A stretch of 34,576 nucleotides of DNA from Hyphomicrobiales bacterium (lineage in GTDB: Bacteria; Pseudomonadota; Alphaproteobacteria; Rhizobiales; Devosiaceae), in assembly GCA_028290345.1 (NCBI GenBank), contig JAQGKB010000315.1, positions 1-34,576 of the forward strand. Reading direction: 5' to 3'. The notes under the pieces were generated by a model. That model searched no databases and was not told where the DNA came from. It saw only the letters and a list, made by a program, of their open reading frames with translations. The position numbers were made by a program, and so were the translations under genes. Positions 18,352 through 25,915 of the stretch are shown here, piece by piece; within the stretch, counting starts at the first letter, position 1; each line of letters starts with the position of its first letter.

Positions 18352-18474
18352 CCTCCCCCTCCCCAACCCTCCCCACAAGGGGGAGGGTGTAGAAAGAGGC
18401 TGCGGGGAAACTTGAAGTTTCGCACAACGCTGGCGCCACCCTCCCCCTTGTGGGGAGGGTTGGGGAGGGGGAAG
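18352..18474. repeat. REP-like intergenic palindromic element (two 38-nt inverted arms, 36 bp perfect)
   Basis: Arm CCTCCCCCTCCCCAACCCTCCCCACAAGGGGGAGGGTG (18352-18389) is the reverse complement of 18437-18474, with 36 consecutive matches and a 47-nt spacer. Each arm also contains its own small hairpin CCCTCCCC-ACAAG-GGGGAGGG. Confidence 0.85.
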
Positions 18475-18489
18475 CAGCCAACACCGCCA

Positions 18490-19524
18490 TCACGCCGAAA
18501 TCTCCACCCTGCTCTTCGTCCGCGCGCTCTCGATCGCCGCGAACACCATGGCGAGGCTCTTGATATTGTCGCTGCCGGCGGTCTCGGGCGCCCTGCCTGT
18601 CTCGATGGCGGCAAGGAAATCGGCGATGACGCTGGCGTGCCCATGTGTCTGGGCAATATCGGCCGGCTCGGGAACCTCCACCGGCACGAGGTCGTGGAAA
18701 AACCCCGTATCGCCGGCGGCGACCCTGGCCTCGAAATTTTCGCCGCCGTCCCAGAGCAGCGTGCCCTTGCTGCCGATCACCCGCCAGGCACTTTCCCAAC
18801 TGGTGTTGGCCCCCTCCGCGCACCACGAACCGCGATAGTTGAACACCACGTCATCGGAGAATTCGAAAATGGCGTTGGCCGCCGCGCCGTGCGCGTACCA
18901 GGAACCCGTCGGGTTGGTCTGCAGGCAATAAACCGCAAGCGGCGTCTTGCCCGCCATGAAGCGCGCCGCATCCAGCGTATGGATCGCCATGTCGAGCAGC
19001 AGCACGTTCTGCATCTGCTCGCGAAATCCGCCAAAATGCGCGCCGACGAAGAAGTCGCAATGCAATGCGGTGATCTCGCCCAGTGCCCCGCTCGCGATCA
19101 TCCGGTGGATTCGCCGCACCCCGGCTATAAACCGCCGGTTCTGGATCACGGCGTGAACTTTGCCAGCCTTCGCCGCCAGCGCGACCAATTCCCGCCCTGC
19201 CTCGAGCGACGCGGCCATCGGCTTTTCGCTGAGCACGTGACAGCCACGGGCGAGCCCGGTGGCCACCACATCGCGCCGTGCCACGGGCACCACCACGTCG
19301 AATAGCAAATCAGGCTTGGCCTGCGACAGTACTGCATCGAGGTCGGTGCCGACCACGGCATCGCTCAAGCCGAACTCGGCGGCACGCGCCTCGGCCTGCG
19401 CCCGATCGAGGTCGACCAGCCCCACGATAGTGATCTTTCCCTCAAGGTCCGGATCTTCGGCGATGGCTTTGAGCCAGCCTTTCGACATAGCTCCGCACCC
19501 GGCCAGAACGGCTCGAAATTGCAA
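18490..19524 (-). CDS. Gfo/Idh/MocA family NAD(P)-dependent oxidoreductase
   Basis: 344 aa. TTG start at 19524 is preceded by a strong AGGGAGG at 5 nt. N-terminal Rossmann region RAVLAGCGAMSKGW, plus an EKP motif (LSEKPMA) typical of the family. Confidence 0.85.
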   Translation of the reverse strand: MQFRAVLAGCGAMSKGWLKAIAEDPDLEGKITIVGLVDLDRAQAEARAAEFGLSDAVVGTDLDAVLSQAKPDLLFDVVVPVARRDVVATGLARGCHVLSEKPMAASLEAGRELVALAAKAGKVHAVIQNRRFIAGVRRIHRMIASGALGEITALHCDFFVGAHFGGFREQMQNVLLLDMAIHTLDAARFMAGKTPLAVYCLQTNPTGSWYAHGAAANAIFEFSDDVVFNYRGSWCAEGANTSWESAWRVIGSKGTLLWDGGENFEARVAAGDTGFFHDLVPVEVPEPADIAQTHGHASVIADFLAAIETGRAPETAGSDNIKSLAMVFAAIESARTKSRVEISA

Positions 19525-19581
19525 GATAACCTCCCTTGGAAGCCCAGTTCGGAAACGGCACCTCCATGCCGTTCCAGCTTC

Positions 19582-19595
19582 CGTAAACGTTTACG
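19582..19595. promoter_or_regulatory. LacI-family operator candidate (perfect 14-bp palindrome)
   Basis: CGTAAACGTTTACG has a central CG and lies in the divergent intergenic region between the Gfo/Idh/MocA gene (start 19524) and the LacI gene (start 19676). Confidence 0.6.
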
Positions 19596-19675
19596 ACGCT
19601 ATATTCTGTGCCAAATACATGTCAAGAGGCCCCCGCACGACGATGGCGTTTGTGATGAGTGGAGGACAGTACGGC

Positions 19676-20710
19676 ATGAAGGGCATCAAGCGCCTCGCCA
19701 CCCATCTCGATATTTCGATCGGCACCGTTTCGCGCGCCTTGAACGGCAAGCCCGACGTCAGCGACGCGACCCGCAAGCGCGTGCTCGAAGCCGCGGCGAC
19801 CTTGGGCTACGTGCCCAACCAGTCGGGTCGCGCCCTGCGCAAGGGGATCACCGGCATTATCGGTTTCATGATCGAGACCGGCACCAAAACCTCGGTCGAC
19901 GGCGACACCTTCTTCCTCAGCGTCTTCGACGGCGTGCAGACGGTTTTGGCGCGGCACCAGCTCGATCTCGTCGCCCTGCTCTGCAGCTCCGGAGAAAATC
20001 CGCATGAGTATCTGCGGCGCGTCGTCGACCGTGGCTTCGTCGATGGCCTGATCATTTCAGCGACGCAGCGTCACGATCAGCGCATCGATTTCCTCGCCGA
20101 CCGGCAGCTTCCCTTCATCGCGCTCGGCCGCAGCCTCACCGATCGCGGCCATGCCTGGTATGACCTCGATTTCGAAGGCTTAGCCGAGGCGGCAGTCGAC
20201 CGGCTGGTGAAGAAGGGGCATCGCCGCATCGCCCTGGCGGCCCATATCGATGACGTCAACCTCAGCTACGTGCTCATCGACGGCTACCGGGCCGCCCTCG
20301 AGGCTCGCGGACTGAGCTTCGATCCGACCCTGGTGCTACGCGGCACGCCTGATCACGCTGGCGGCTACGCCATCGCACAAAGCGCCTTGGCCATGCCGGA
20401 CCGGCCTACGGCCATCGTGCTCGCCAATGAGGTGATGTCGGTCGGTGTCTATCGCGGCCTGCTCGAGGCGGGGGTCAGGCCCGGCCGCGAAATCGCGGTG
20501 ATCGGCCGAAACAGTCCTCACTCACGGTTCCTTTCCCCTACCCTGACGGCGTTCGATACGTCACTGCGCGACCTCGGCATCGCATTGGCGGAGGCGCTGC
20601 TCGCAACCATGCCCGCCTACCAACAGAGCTACCCGCAAGGCGCTGTCCGCAAACTGTGGCCCCTGCACCTCGTCGCCGGCGAAAGCGACGCCTTCAGCCC
20701 AGGGCAATAG
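19676..20710 (+). CDS. LacI family transcriptional regulator
   Basis: The track ORF starts at 19259 inside the neighbouring gene. The ATG at 19676 is preceded by GGAGGA at 9 nt and gives 344 aa. HTH MKGIKRLATHLDISIGTVSRALNGKPDVS, then a PBP1-like effector domain. Confidence 0.88.
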   Translation: MKGIKRLATHLDISIGTVSRALNGKPDVSDATRKRVLEAAATLGYVPNQSGRALRKGITGIIGFMIETGTKTSVDGDTFFLSVFDGVQTVLARHQLDLVALLCSSGENPHEYLRRVVDRGFVDGLIISATQRHDQRIDFLADRQLPFIALGRSLTDRGHAWYDLDFEGLAEAAVDRLVKKGHRRIALAAHIDDVNLSYVLIDGYRAALEARGLSFDPTLVLRGTPDHAGGYAIAQSALAMPDRPTAIVLANEVMSVGVYRGLLEAGVRPGREIAVIGRNSPHSRFLSPTLTAFDTSLRDLGIALAEALLATMPAYQQSYPQGAVRKLWPLHLVAGESDAFSPGQ

Positions 20711-20749
20711 CCCGGACGCGCGGGTGATCAAAACACAGCATCCTGGGCG

Positions 20750-21325
20750 TCAACCTGGTCCATCGTTCATGGCGCCTGGAACGCGCATTGCCCAGCGCCG
20801 GCCGTCATAGGTGAGATTGACCGACGAAAGCGGCGGCACATCAATGCGCCAGAAACTCGTGGCCGGGGCGTCGAGAACATGAATGACCGCCGCCTTGATA
20901 GTTGAGGCATGCGTTATCGCCAGGATGCGGCCTTCCAGATTGCCTGCATCCAGCCAAGCGCCGACGCGACGAACCAATTGCGAGATCGACTCTCCGCCAT
21001 GCGGGGCTGCCTCAGGGTCCTGCATCCAGCGGCCAACGGCATCCGGCTCATCGGCCGCGATCTGTTCAAGGGCCTTGCGGCGCCAGCGACCATAGTCGCA
21101 TTCGCCAAGGGCCATTTGCTCCTCGGCCACGAGTCCCAGTGCCGCTGCAGTCTGGCGGGCGCATTGCCAGGGGCTGACGAGAACGCGACTCGCCCGCCCC
21201 AGCCTGCCTGCCAGCGCTTTCGCAGCCGCGATCCCAGCATCATCCAAGGGATCGTCATCGGGGAAGGCCATGGCACGAAGCGATGTGGTCGGCGCGTGGC
21301 AAAGCATGACAAGGCGTGCGGTCAT
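20750..21325 (-). CDS. histidine phosphatase (phosphoglycerate mutase-like) family protein with atypical CHA in place of RHG
   Basis: ATG at 21325 is preceded by AGGAGA and gives 191 aa. Family landmarks: LVMLCHAPT (RHG position), SPWQCARQTA, GECDYGRW, HGGES, ITHAST. Confidence 0.7.
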   Translation of the reverse strand: MTARLVMLCHAPTTSLRAMAFPDDDPLDDAGIAAAKALAGRLGRASRVLVSPWQCARQTAAALGLVAEEQMALGECDYGRWRRKALEQIAADEPDAVGRWMQDPEAAPHGGESISQLVRRVGAWLDAGNLEGRILAITHASTIKAAVIHVLDAPATSFWRIDVPPLSSVNLTYDGRRWAMRVPGAMNDGPG

Positions 21326-21380
21326 GAGCGGTAATCTCCTATGCGCCGGCGCCCGAGGCAAGCGCAGCGTTGCTGCACGA

Positions 21381-21409
21381 TTGACAGCGCCCCGCTGCCG
21401 GCCCACTAC
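21381..21409 (+). promoter_or_regulatory. candidate promoter for the riboswitch-cbtBA transcript
   Basis: Consensus -35 TTGACA at 21381-21386. A 17-nt spacer leads to a poor -10 (CACTAC, 21404-21409) just before the riboswitch P1 stem. Confidence 0.3.
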
Positions 21410-21520
21410 TGCTCCATTGCCAGGGTGAGAAGCCGGTGAAAATCCGGCGCGGTCGCGCCACTGTATTTGTCGGTTCGCTTATTTGGACCGGCAAGAGTCA
21501 GACCTCTCCAGGGCAATCAT
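21410..21520 (+). promoter_or_regulatory. cobalamin (B12) riboswitch
   Basis: P1 stem ATTGCC (21416-21421) / GGCAAT (21512-21517). Conserved core AGGGTGAGAAGCCGGTGAAAATCCGGCGCGGTCGCGCCACTGTA. B12-box-like AGTCAGACCTCTCC. Located directly upstream of cbtB-cbtA. Confidence 0.8.
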
Positions 21521-21556
21521 CACTCAAACGGGACGCGCTATCCCAAGGAGACGCCA

Positions 21557-21766
21557 ATGACCACTGCAACATACGCCCCGGCCTCAGAACCGATTTCCAT
21601 CCCCGTCCGCGAGATTCTGCCGTGGGCGATCTTTGCAGGGCTGCTCGCCCTGCTGGCGCTCTATTTCATCGGCGCCGAGCAAGGCGCGACGGCAATCTTT
21701 AGTGGCACCTACATCCACGAATTCGTGCATGACGGCCGCCATCTGCTCGGCTTTCCCTGCCACTGA
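21557..21766 (+). CDS. cbtB: cobalt transporter subunit CbtB
   Basis: ATG at 21557 is preceded by AAGGAG at 6 nt and gives 69 aa. One TM helix and the hallmark C-terminus HEFVHDGRHLLGFPCH. Confidence 0.85.
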   Translation: MTTATYAPASEPISIPVREILPWAIFAGLLALLALYFIGAEQGATAIFSGTYIHEFVHDGRHLLGFPCH

Positions 21767-21784
21767 CGCCGAAGGCTGACAATC

Positions 21785-22534
21785 ATGGTTAGATCCCTTT
21801 TGATCAGGGGGATGCTTGTTGGCGTCCTCGCGGGTCTGCTTACGTTTGCGTTTGCGAGAGTCTTCGGTGAACCGCAAATCGATCTTGCGATCGGCTTCGA
21901 AGACCACGTGCACCACATGGCCGGCGAGGCTGCCGAGCCTGAACTCGTCAGCCGGCAGGTGCAGAGCACGTTCGGCCTGCTGACCGGCGTGCTGGTCTAC
22001 GGTTGCGCGCTCGGCGGTATCTTCTCCCTGGTATTCACCTATGCTTACGGACGTATTGGAAAACTTAGCCCACGCGGCACCGCCGCGCTGCTCGCGATCG
22101 CCGGCTTCGTCGCCGTGATCCTCGTGCCGCAGATCAAGTATCCTGCGAACCCGCCATCGATCGGCAATCCAGAGACGATCGGCGAGCGCACGGCGCTCTA
22201 CTTTGCGATGACCGTGATTTCCCTGATCGCCATGGTTGCCGCCTACAATGCCGGACGCGGCCTCCTGTCCCGGCTCGGCGGATGGAACGCCGCCCTGGCC
22301 GGCGCCGCCGTTTATGTGTTGGTTGTTGCGGTTGCAATGGTCGTGCTGCCGCCCGTCAACGAGGTACCGGCGGAATTCTCGGCTGTGCTGCTGTGGAATT
22401 TCCGCATCGCCTCGATCGGCATGCAGATCGTGATGTGGGCGACACTGGGTCTGGGCTTCGGGGCGCTGTCCGTGGCAGCGCTGGCAAAGCAGCGGCAAGG
22501 CGCCGCCTCCAGACAGTCACACCGCCCGGTCTAG
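21785..22534 (+). CDS. cbtA: cobalt transporter subunit CbtA
   Basis: 249 aa, about 5 TM helices, His-rich loop EDHVHHM. Lies 18 nt after cbtB. Confidence 0.82.
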   Translation: MVRSLLIRGMLVGVLAGLLTFAFARVFGEPQIDLAIGFEDHVHHMAGEAAEPELVSRQVQSTFGLLTGVLVYGCALGGIFSLVFTYAYGRIGKLSPRGTAALLAIAGFVAVILVPQIKYPANPPSIGNPETIGERTALYFAMTVISLIAMVAAYNAGRGLLSRLGGWNAALAGAAVYVLVVAVAMVVLPPVNEVPAEFSAVLLWNFRIASIGMQIVMWATLGLGFGALSVAALAKQRQGAASRQSHRPV

Positions 22535-22602
22535 CGACTTCCGCCCCGGCGGGCGACAGCAACAACGCAAATGCCTTGGCGCCACTGGGCGCCTTCGCCC
22601 GA

Positions 22603-23055
22603 TCACCCCAGTTTTGGTTGGACCGTGGCTTCGTCGGCGGCAATACCGTGGTCATGCGCCGGCTCGGTGGCCGGGCTCGCCGAAGCCAGTCGTCCCTCTT
22701 CCGCCTTGTAGAAGAACTGGCTGGAAACCAACCAACCCTTCAGGGGTCGCAACGGCGGGATGCAGGTCAGCAGCAGGAACGGCAGCGTGGTGAAAGCGTG
22801 CACCCAGAGCGGGGCTTCGTAGGTGACCTGGATCCAAAGGGCCAGCACGACGGTCGGGATGCAGCCAAAGCAGATGACGAAAAACGCCGGGCCGTCAGCC
22901 GGATCAGCGAAGGAATAATCGAGGCCGCAAACCTCGCAGTTCTTGCGGACGGTCAGAAAGCCCTGGAAAAGGTGACCCTGCCCACAGCGTGGGCAGCGCC
23001 CCCGCAAGCCAGTTTGGATCGGAGATAAAGGCGGCCAGTATCGTTCGGAGGACAT
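22603..23055 (-). CDS. DUF983 domain membrane protein
   Basis: ATG at 23055 (MSSERYWPP...) gives 150 aa. Zinc-ribbon-like CPRCGQG...CEVCG followed by two TM helices, the typical DUF983 architecture. Confidence 0.75.
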   Translation of the reverse strand: MSSERYWPPLSPIQTGLRGRCPRCGQGHLFQGFLTVRKNCEVCGLDYSFADPADGPAFFVICFGCIPTVVLALWIQVTYEAPLWVHAFTTLPFLLLTCIPPLRPLKGWLVSSQFFYKAEEGRLASASPATEPAHDHGIAADEATVQPKLG

Positions 23056-23252
23056 CGCACGTTCCTTTCGGCCAGCGCCCGAGCGGTGCGTGTGCGCTGC
23101 TTGAGCGGAATTGGCCTGTACTCGGCGGCTAACAATCCTGCCGAGGTCCCTCAGCCGAAACACACCGCCGCCATTGCTGGCACAATGTACGTCATGCGTA
23201 CACATACATTGTCAAGAACATGTATGGATTGACTGGACCTTCGTCCGCTGCT

Positions 23253-24656
23253 TCAGACCACCATCGAGGTGGCCGCAGGAGATTGGGCCAGCAGATCGGC
23301 GAGGATGTGCAGGCTCTGTTCCAGATCGTCGCGGGTCTCCGCCGCACCCAGCCCCAGCCGTACGGCTTCGGGAGGAGATTGCAGAGCGAAGGCGTCGCTG
23401 GCGACCACACCGATACCGGCCGAGCGCAAGCGCAAAGTGAATTCGCCTCGCGTCCAGGGCGGGGTGAGTTGCAGCCAGATATGAAAGCCCTCAGGATCGG
23501 CGAGGACCTGTTCGGCTGGCAGGATCTTTGCAGCAATGACTTGCCGGGCGCCGGCTTCCTGCCGGATCGCCGCCAAAACCGCGTCAGCGGTGCCATCCTC
23601 GATCCAGCGCGTGGCGATGGCAGCGGTCAGCGGTGACGCCATCGATGCGGTGGCGCGCACGGCTCCGGCAACCCGCGCAGCGGCGCGAGCATCCGGGACC
23701 ACGAGATAGGCGATGCGCAGAGCCGGAGCGACGCACTTTGCCAGCCCCCCAATATGGTAGACCATATCCGGCGCAAGGGCGGCCAGCGGGGGCACAGGGT
23801 CGATCGGCAGCGCACCGTAGGCGTCATCCTCAATGATCGGCACCCCATATTTGCGGGCGATCGCCACCAAGGCCTGCCGTCGGGCCAGTGAAAGCGTCAC
23901 CGTCGTCGGGTTGTGCAAGGTGGGGTTGCAGTAGAGGGCTTTTGGGGCGCGTTCAGCGCAAATCGCCTCGAATGCCTCAGGAATCAGGCCATTCGCGTCA
24001 GTGGGCACACCGGCGATCTCGATGCGCAGATGCACCGCCAGCGAGCGAAACCCGGGATAGGTCAGCGCCTCGGCGCAGATGGTTTCTCCGGGGCCGGCAA
24101 GCACACCGGCGACGGCCAGCATCGCGCCCTGCGCACCCGGGCAGACGAGAACCCGGTCCGCCGTCACGCCCTCGAGCCGGGATGCCAGCCAAAGCGCCCC
24201 TGCGTCCCGATCGCGGCCGGCGCCACCCGCCTGCTGATAGCGCAGCAACAGATCGAGACCACCCCCCGATTGCAGGCCGCCAATGCCATCCCACATCCGC
24301 GCGGCAAGACCGGGGTCATCAAAGCGCGGCGGCAGGTTCATGCTCATATCGACGAGCCCGCTCGCGACCGGCCGTACGCTGCCGAGCCGCTTTGCCCGCA
24401 CATAGGTGCCCTGCCCGACCCTGCCCTCGACCAGACCGCGCTTGCGCGCCTCGGCGTAAGCCCGACTTACGGTGGTGAAATCGATCTTCAGCGCATCAGC
24501 CAGGGAACGCTGCGGCGGCAGGCGGGCGCCACTAGCTAATTTCCCGGAAAGGATGTCGGCGGACAGCGCGTCGGCAATCGCGAGATAGACCGGCCCGTCG
24601 GCCTTGCGGATCAAGGGCGTCCAAAATGTCGCGGCCCCGTCATTTTCCATTGCCAT
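23253..24656 (-). CDS. MocR/PdxR-type regulator (GntR wHTH fused to a PLP-dependent aminotransferase-like domain)
   Basis: 467 aa. N-terminal wHTH LPPQRSLADALKIDFTTVSRAYAEARKRGLV. Long fold-type-I aminotransferase-like domain with a candidate PLP lysine in GGLAKCVAPALRIAY. Confidence 0.85.
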   Translation of the reverse strand: MAMENDGAATFWTPLIRKADGPVYLAIADALSADILSGKLASGARLPPQRSLADALKIDFTTVSRAYAEARKRGLVEGRVGQGTYVRAKRLGSVRPVASGLVDMSMNLPPRFDDPGLAARMWDGIGGLQSGGGLDLLLRYQQAGGAGRDRDAGALWLASRLEGVTADRVLVCPGAQGAMLAVAGVLAGPGETICAEALTYPGFRSLAVHLRIEIAGVPTDANGLIPEAFEAICAERAPKALYCNPTLHNPTTVTLSLARRQALVAIARKYGVPIIEDDAYGALPIDPVPPLAALAPDMVYHIGGLAKCVAPALRIAYLVVPDARAAARVAGAVRATASMASPLTAAIATRWIEDGTADAVLAAIRQEAGARQVIAAKILPAEQVLADPEGFHIWLQLTPPWTRGEFTLRLRSAGIGVVASDAFALQSPPEAVRLGLGAAETRDDLEQSLHILADLLAQSPAATSMVV

Positions 24657-24667
24657 GATTTCAATTC

Positions 24668-24687
24668 TACAATATATGGATATTGTA
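24668..24687. promoter_or_regulatory. inverted repeat in the mocR divergent promoter region (operator candidate)
   Basis: TACAATAT-ATGG-ATATTGTA has 8-bp perfect arms. It lies in AT-rich sequence 12 nt upstream of the mocR start codon. Confidence 0.45.
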
Positions 24688-24757
24688 TGTTTTTACGCCC
24701 GAGCGCAAGTCCGCGCAGTGGTCCCTGCACTCCGATCTAGCAGAATTAGGAATAAAT

Positions 24758-24892
24758 ATGGACCACGTCGCGAGGTTCAAAGGTCTCATCGGTGAAATGA
24801 GGCTGGATGGCCGCTATCGAACCTTTATCGCCGGCGCGTTCCCGACTGCGCTGTGGCATGCGCCGGACGGCCAGGGCAGCGGTCGATCTTAG
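24758..24892 (+). pseudogene. N-terminal relic of a 5-aminolevulinate synthase / alpha-oxoamine synthase gene
   Basis: The 44 codons MDHVARFKGLIGEMRLDGRYRTFIAGAFPTALWHAPDGQGSGRS match, from my recollection, ALAS N-termini (..[27 protein letters not shown]..) with about 5 residues missing. The ORF then stops. None of the ~360 aa PLP domain follows in any frame. Confidence 0.55.
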
Positions 24893-24965
24893 GCTCTCCT
24901 ACCCAAGCGACGCTGGGGCTTCTGGCAAACATGCCGACCAACGAAATTTGTGAAAGGCGCTGCTT

Positions 24966-25514
24966 TCAATCGAACGGGCCGAGTAGCCATTTGAACACTA
25001 CTTGATGCCCTGGCCCACGCCAGAATTCGAAGGCAGCGGGGGATTTCGACACGGCAGTTGCGAACTCAGCCAACTCCGAAATTGCCATGCCCCGCGCGCC
25101 CGCAAAGGTTACCTCCGAGAACGCCGAAATCTGCCGCAACGTCGCGGCGGCCCGCGCGGCGTGACGCTTTGCCGCCTCCTGCTTGCCTTCCCGGATCTTC
25201 ACACCGGACGCGGCGAGAAGGATAAGACCTTTGTAGAGCAGGCGAGACTGCGGGTCAGCCTTTGCCCCTTGCCACAATGCCTCCCAAGCCTCATGCGCCT
25301 CCCAGTAGTAGCCATGGTTGAAGAGATCGACGCCCCACAGGAATGCCTCCGAACCCAGACCTGCCTCAACGGACACTTCCGGTTGTTCAATCCCATAGCT
25401 GTGCCCATGGGGATGCCGGACGGGATGCGGATATCGACCGGGCAAGTAGGCGTAAGCCGGAAACGGTCGATTGGGTAAGAGGCGAGGACGCGGAGCGGTC
25501 AACAACGCGATCAT
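24966..25514 (-). CDS. DUF309 domain protein
   Basis: 182 aa. Hallmark LFNHGYYWEAHEAWEALW motif. Confidence 0.75.
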   Translation of the reverse strand: MIALLTAPRPRLLPNRPFPAYAYLPGRYPHPVRHPHGHSYGIEQPEVSVEAGLGSEAFLWGVDLFNHGYYWEAHEAWEALWQGAKADPQSRLLYKGLILLAASGVKIREGKQEAAKRHAARAAATLRQISAFSEVTFAGARGMAISELAEFATAVSKSPAAFEFWRGPGHQVVFKWLLGPFD

Positions 25515-25714
25515 GCAGCAGCTTTCGGTAAACGCGCGGGCTTGGGCCGCAGTGTAGCTTGCTTTTCAAAGAGGCGTAGCGCCTCGTCGTGAAAACGTGC
25601 TTGGTCGCTACACCGCCAGCAATTCGCCGCCCGAAACGGCCTTCGATCGTCAGGTAAGCCGCGCGTCCCATGGCCGGAGAACGGCGCGAGCAATACGGGT
25701 AAACTGAAGTCCAT
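25511..25714 (-). CDS. doubtful small ORF upstream of DUF309 (67 aa from ATG 25714; track ORF extends to 25837)
   Basis: Its stop overlaps the DUF309 start (ATGA at 25511-25514), which suggests translational coupling. However, the third-position GC is clearly lower than in neighbouring genes, rare codons are present (TTA x3, CTA, AGG, CGA), and I recognise no motif. Confidence 0.2.
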   Translation of the reverse strand: MDFSLPVLLAPFSGHGTRGLPDDRRPFRAANCWRCSDQARFHDEALRLFEKQATLRPKPARLPKAAA

Positions 25715-25902
25715 CACAGCGCGCTTCCCGGCCTGCCCAAAATATATGCACTCAGCGCAAAAATGGGTGCAGTTTAAGCAATCTGGCCTATATTTCCTGG
25801 CGAAAGCGGCCATATTGTTCAAGGGCGGCGTGCCCATTGCCGGAGGGACGAACCGGAATGACCACTTTGAGCGACGAACTTTTCTGGCTACCCTAATTCA
25901 TC

Positions 25903-25915
25903 TTATGTAACATAA
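25903..25915. promoter_or_regulatory. 6-1-6 perfect palindrome upstream of the ROK regulator gene (operator candidate)
   Basis: TTATGT-A-ACATAA lies in an AT-rich stretch 32 nt upstream of the ROK ATG (25947). Confidence 0.4.

Noticed and set aside
18352-18474. Possible CRISPR repeat pair
   Set aside because: There are only two copies and they are inverted, not direct. No array and no cas genes. It is consistent with a REP-type palindromic element instead.
17418-18656. 412-aa version of the TIM-barrel protein
   Set aside because: The first ~112 aa are a translation of the REP inverted repeat and of the 3' end of the Gfo/Idh/MocA gene. The GTG at 18320, with a strong SD, gives a normal-length protein.
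16181-19305. 426-aa (16181-17461) and 423-aa (18034-19305) + strand ORFs
   Set aside because: They are antisense to the sugar SBP, TIM-barrel and Gfo/Idh/MocA genes. The second one also reads through the REP element. These are shadow ORFs.
21584-22498. 304-aa minus-strand ORF
   Set aside because: Antisense to cbtB-cbtA, which are supported by hallmark motifs and the upstream riboswitch.
22578-22593. GGCGCC-ACTG-GGCGCC hairpin between convergent cbtA and DUF983 as a terminator
   Set aside because: The stem is only 6 bp and there is no U-tract on either strand, which is too weak to call.
25858-25896. 12-codon mini-ORF (MTTLSDELFWLP) with a GGAGGGA SD upstream of the ROK gene
   Set aside because: It cannot be distinguished from chance at this length. 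It is mentioned only within the regional finding.
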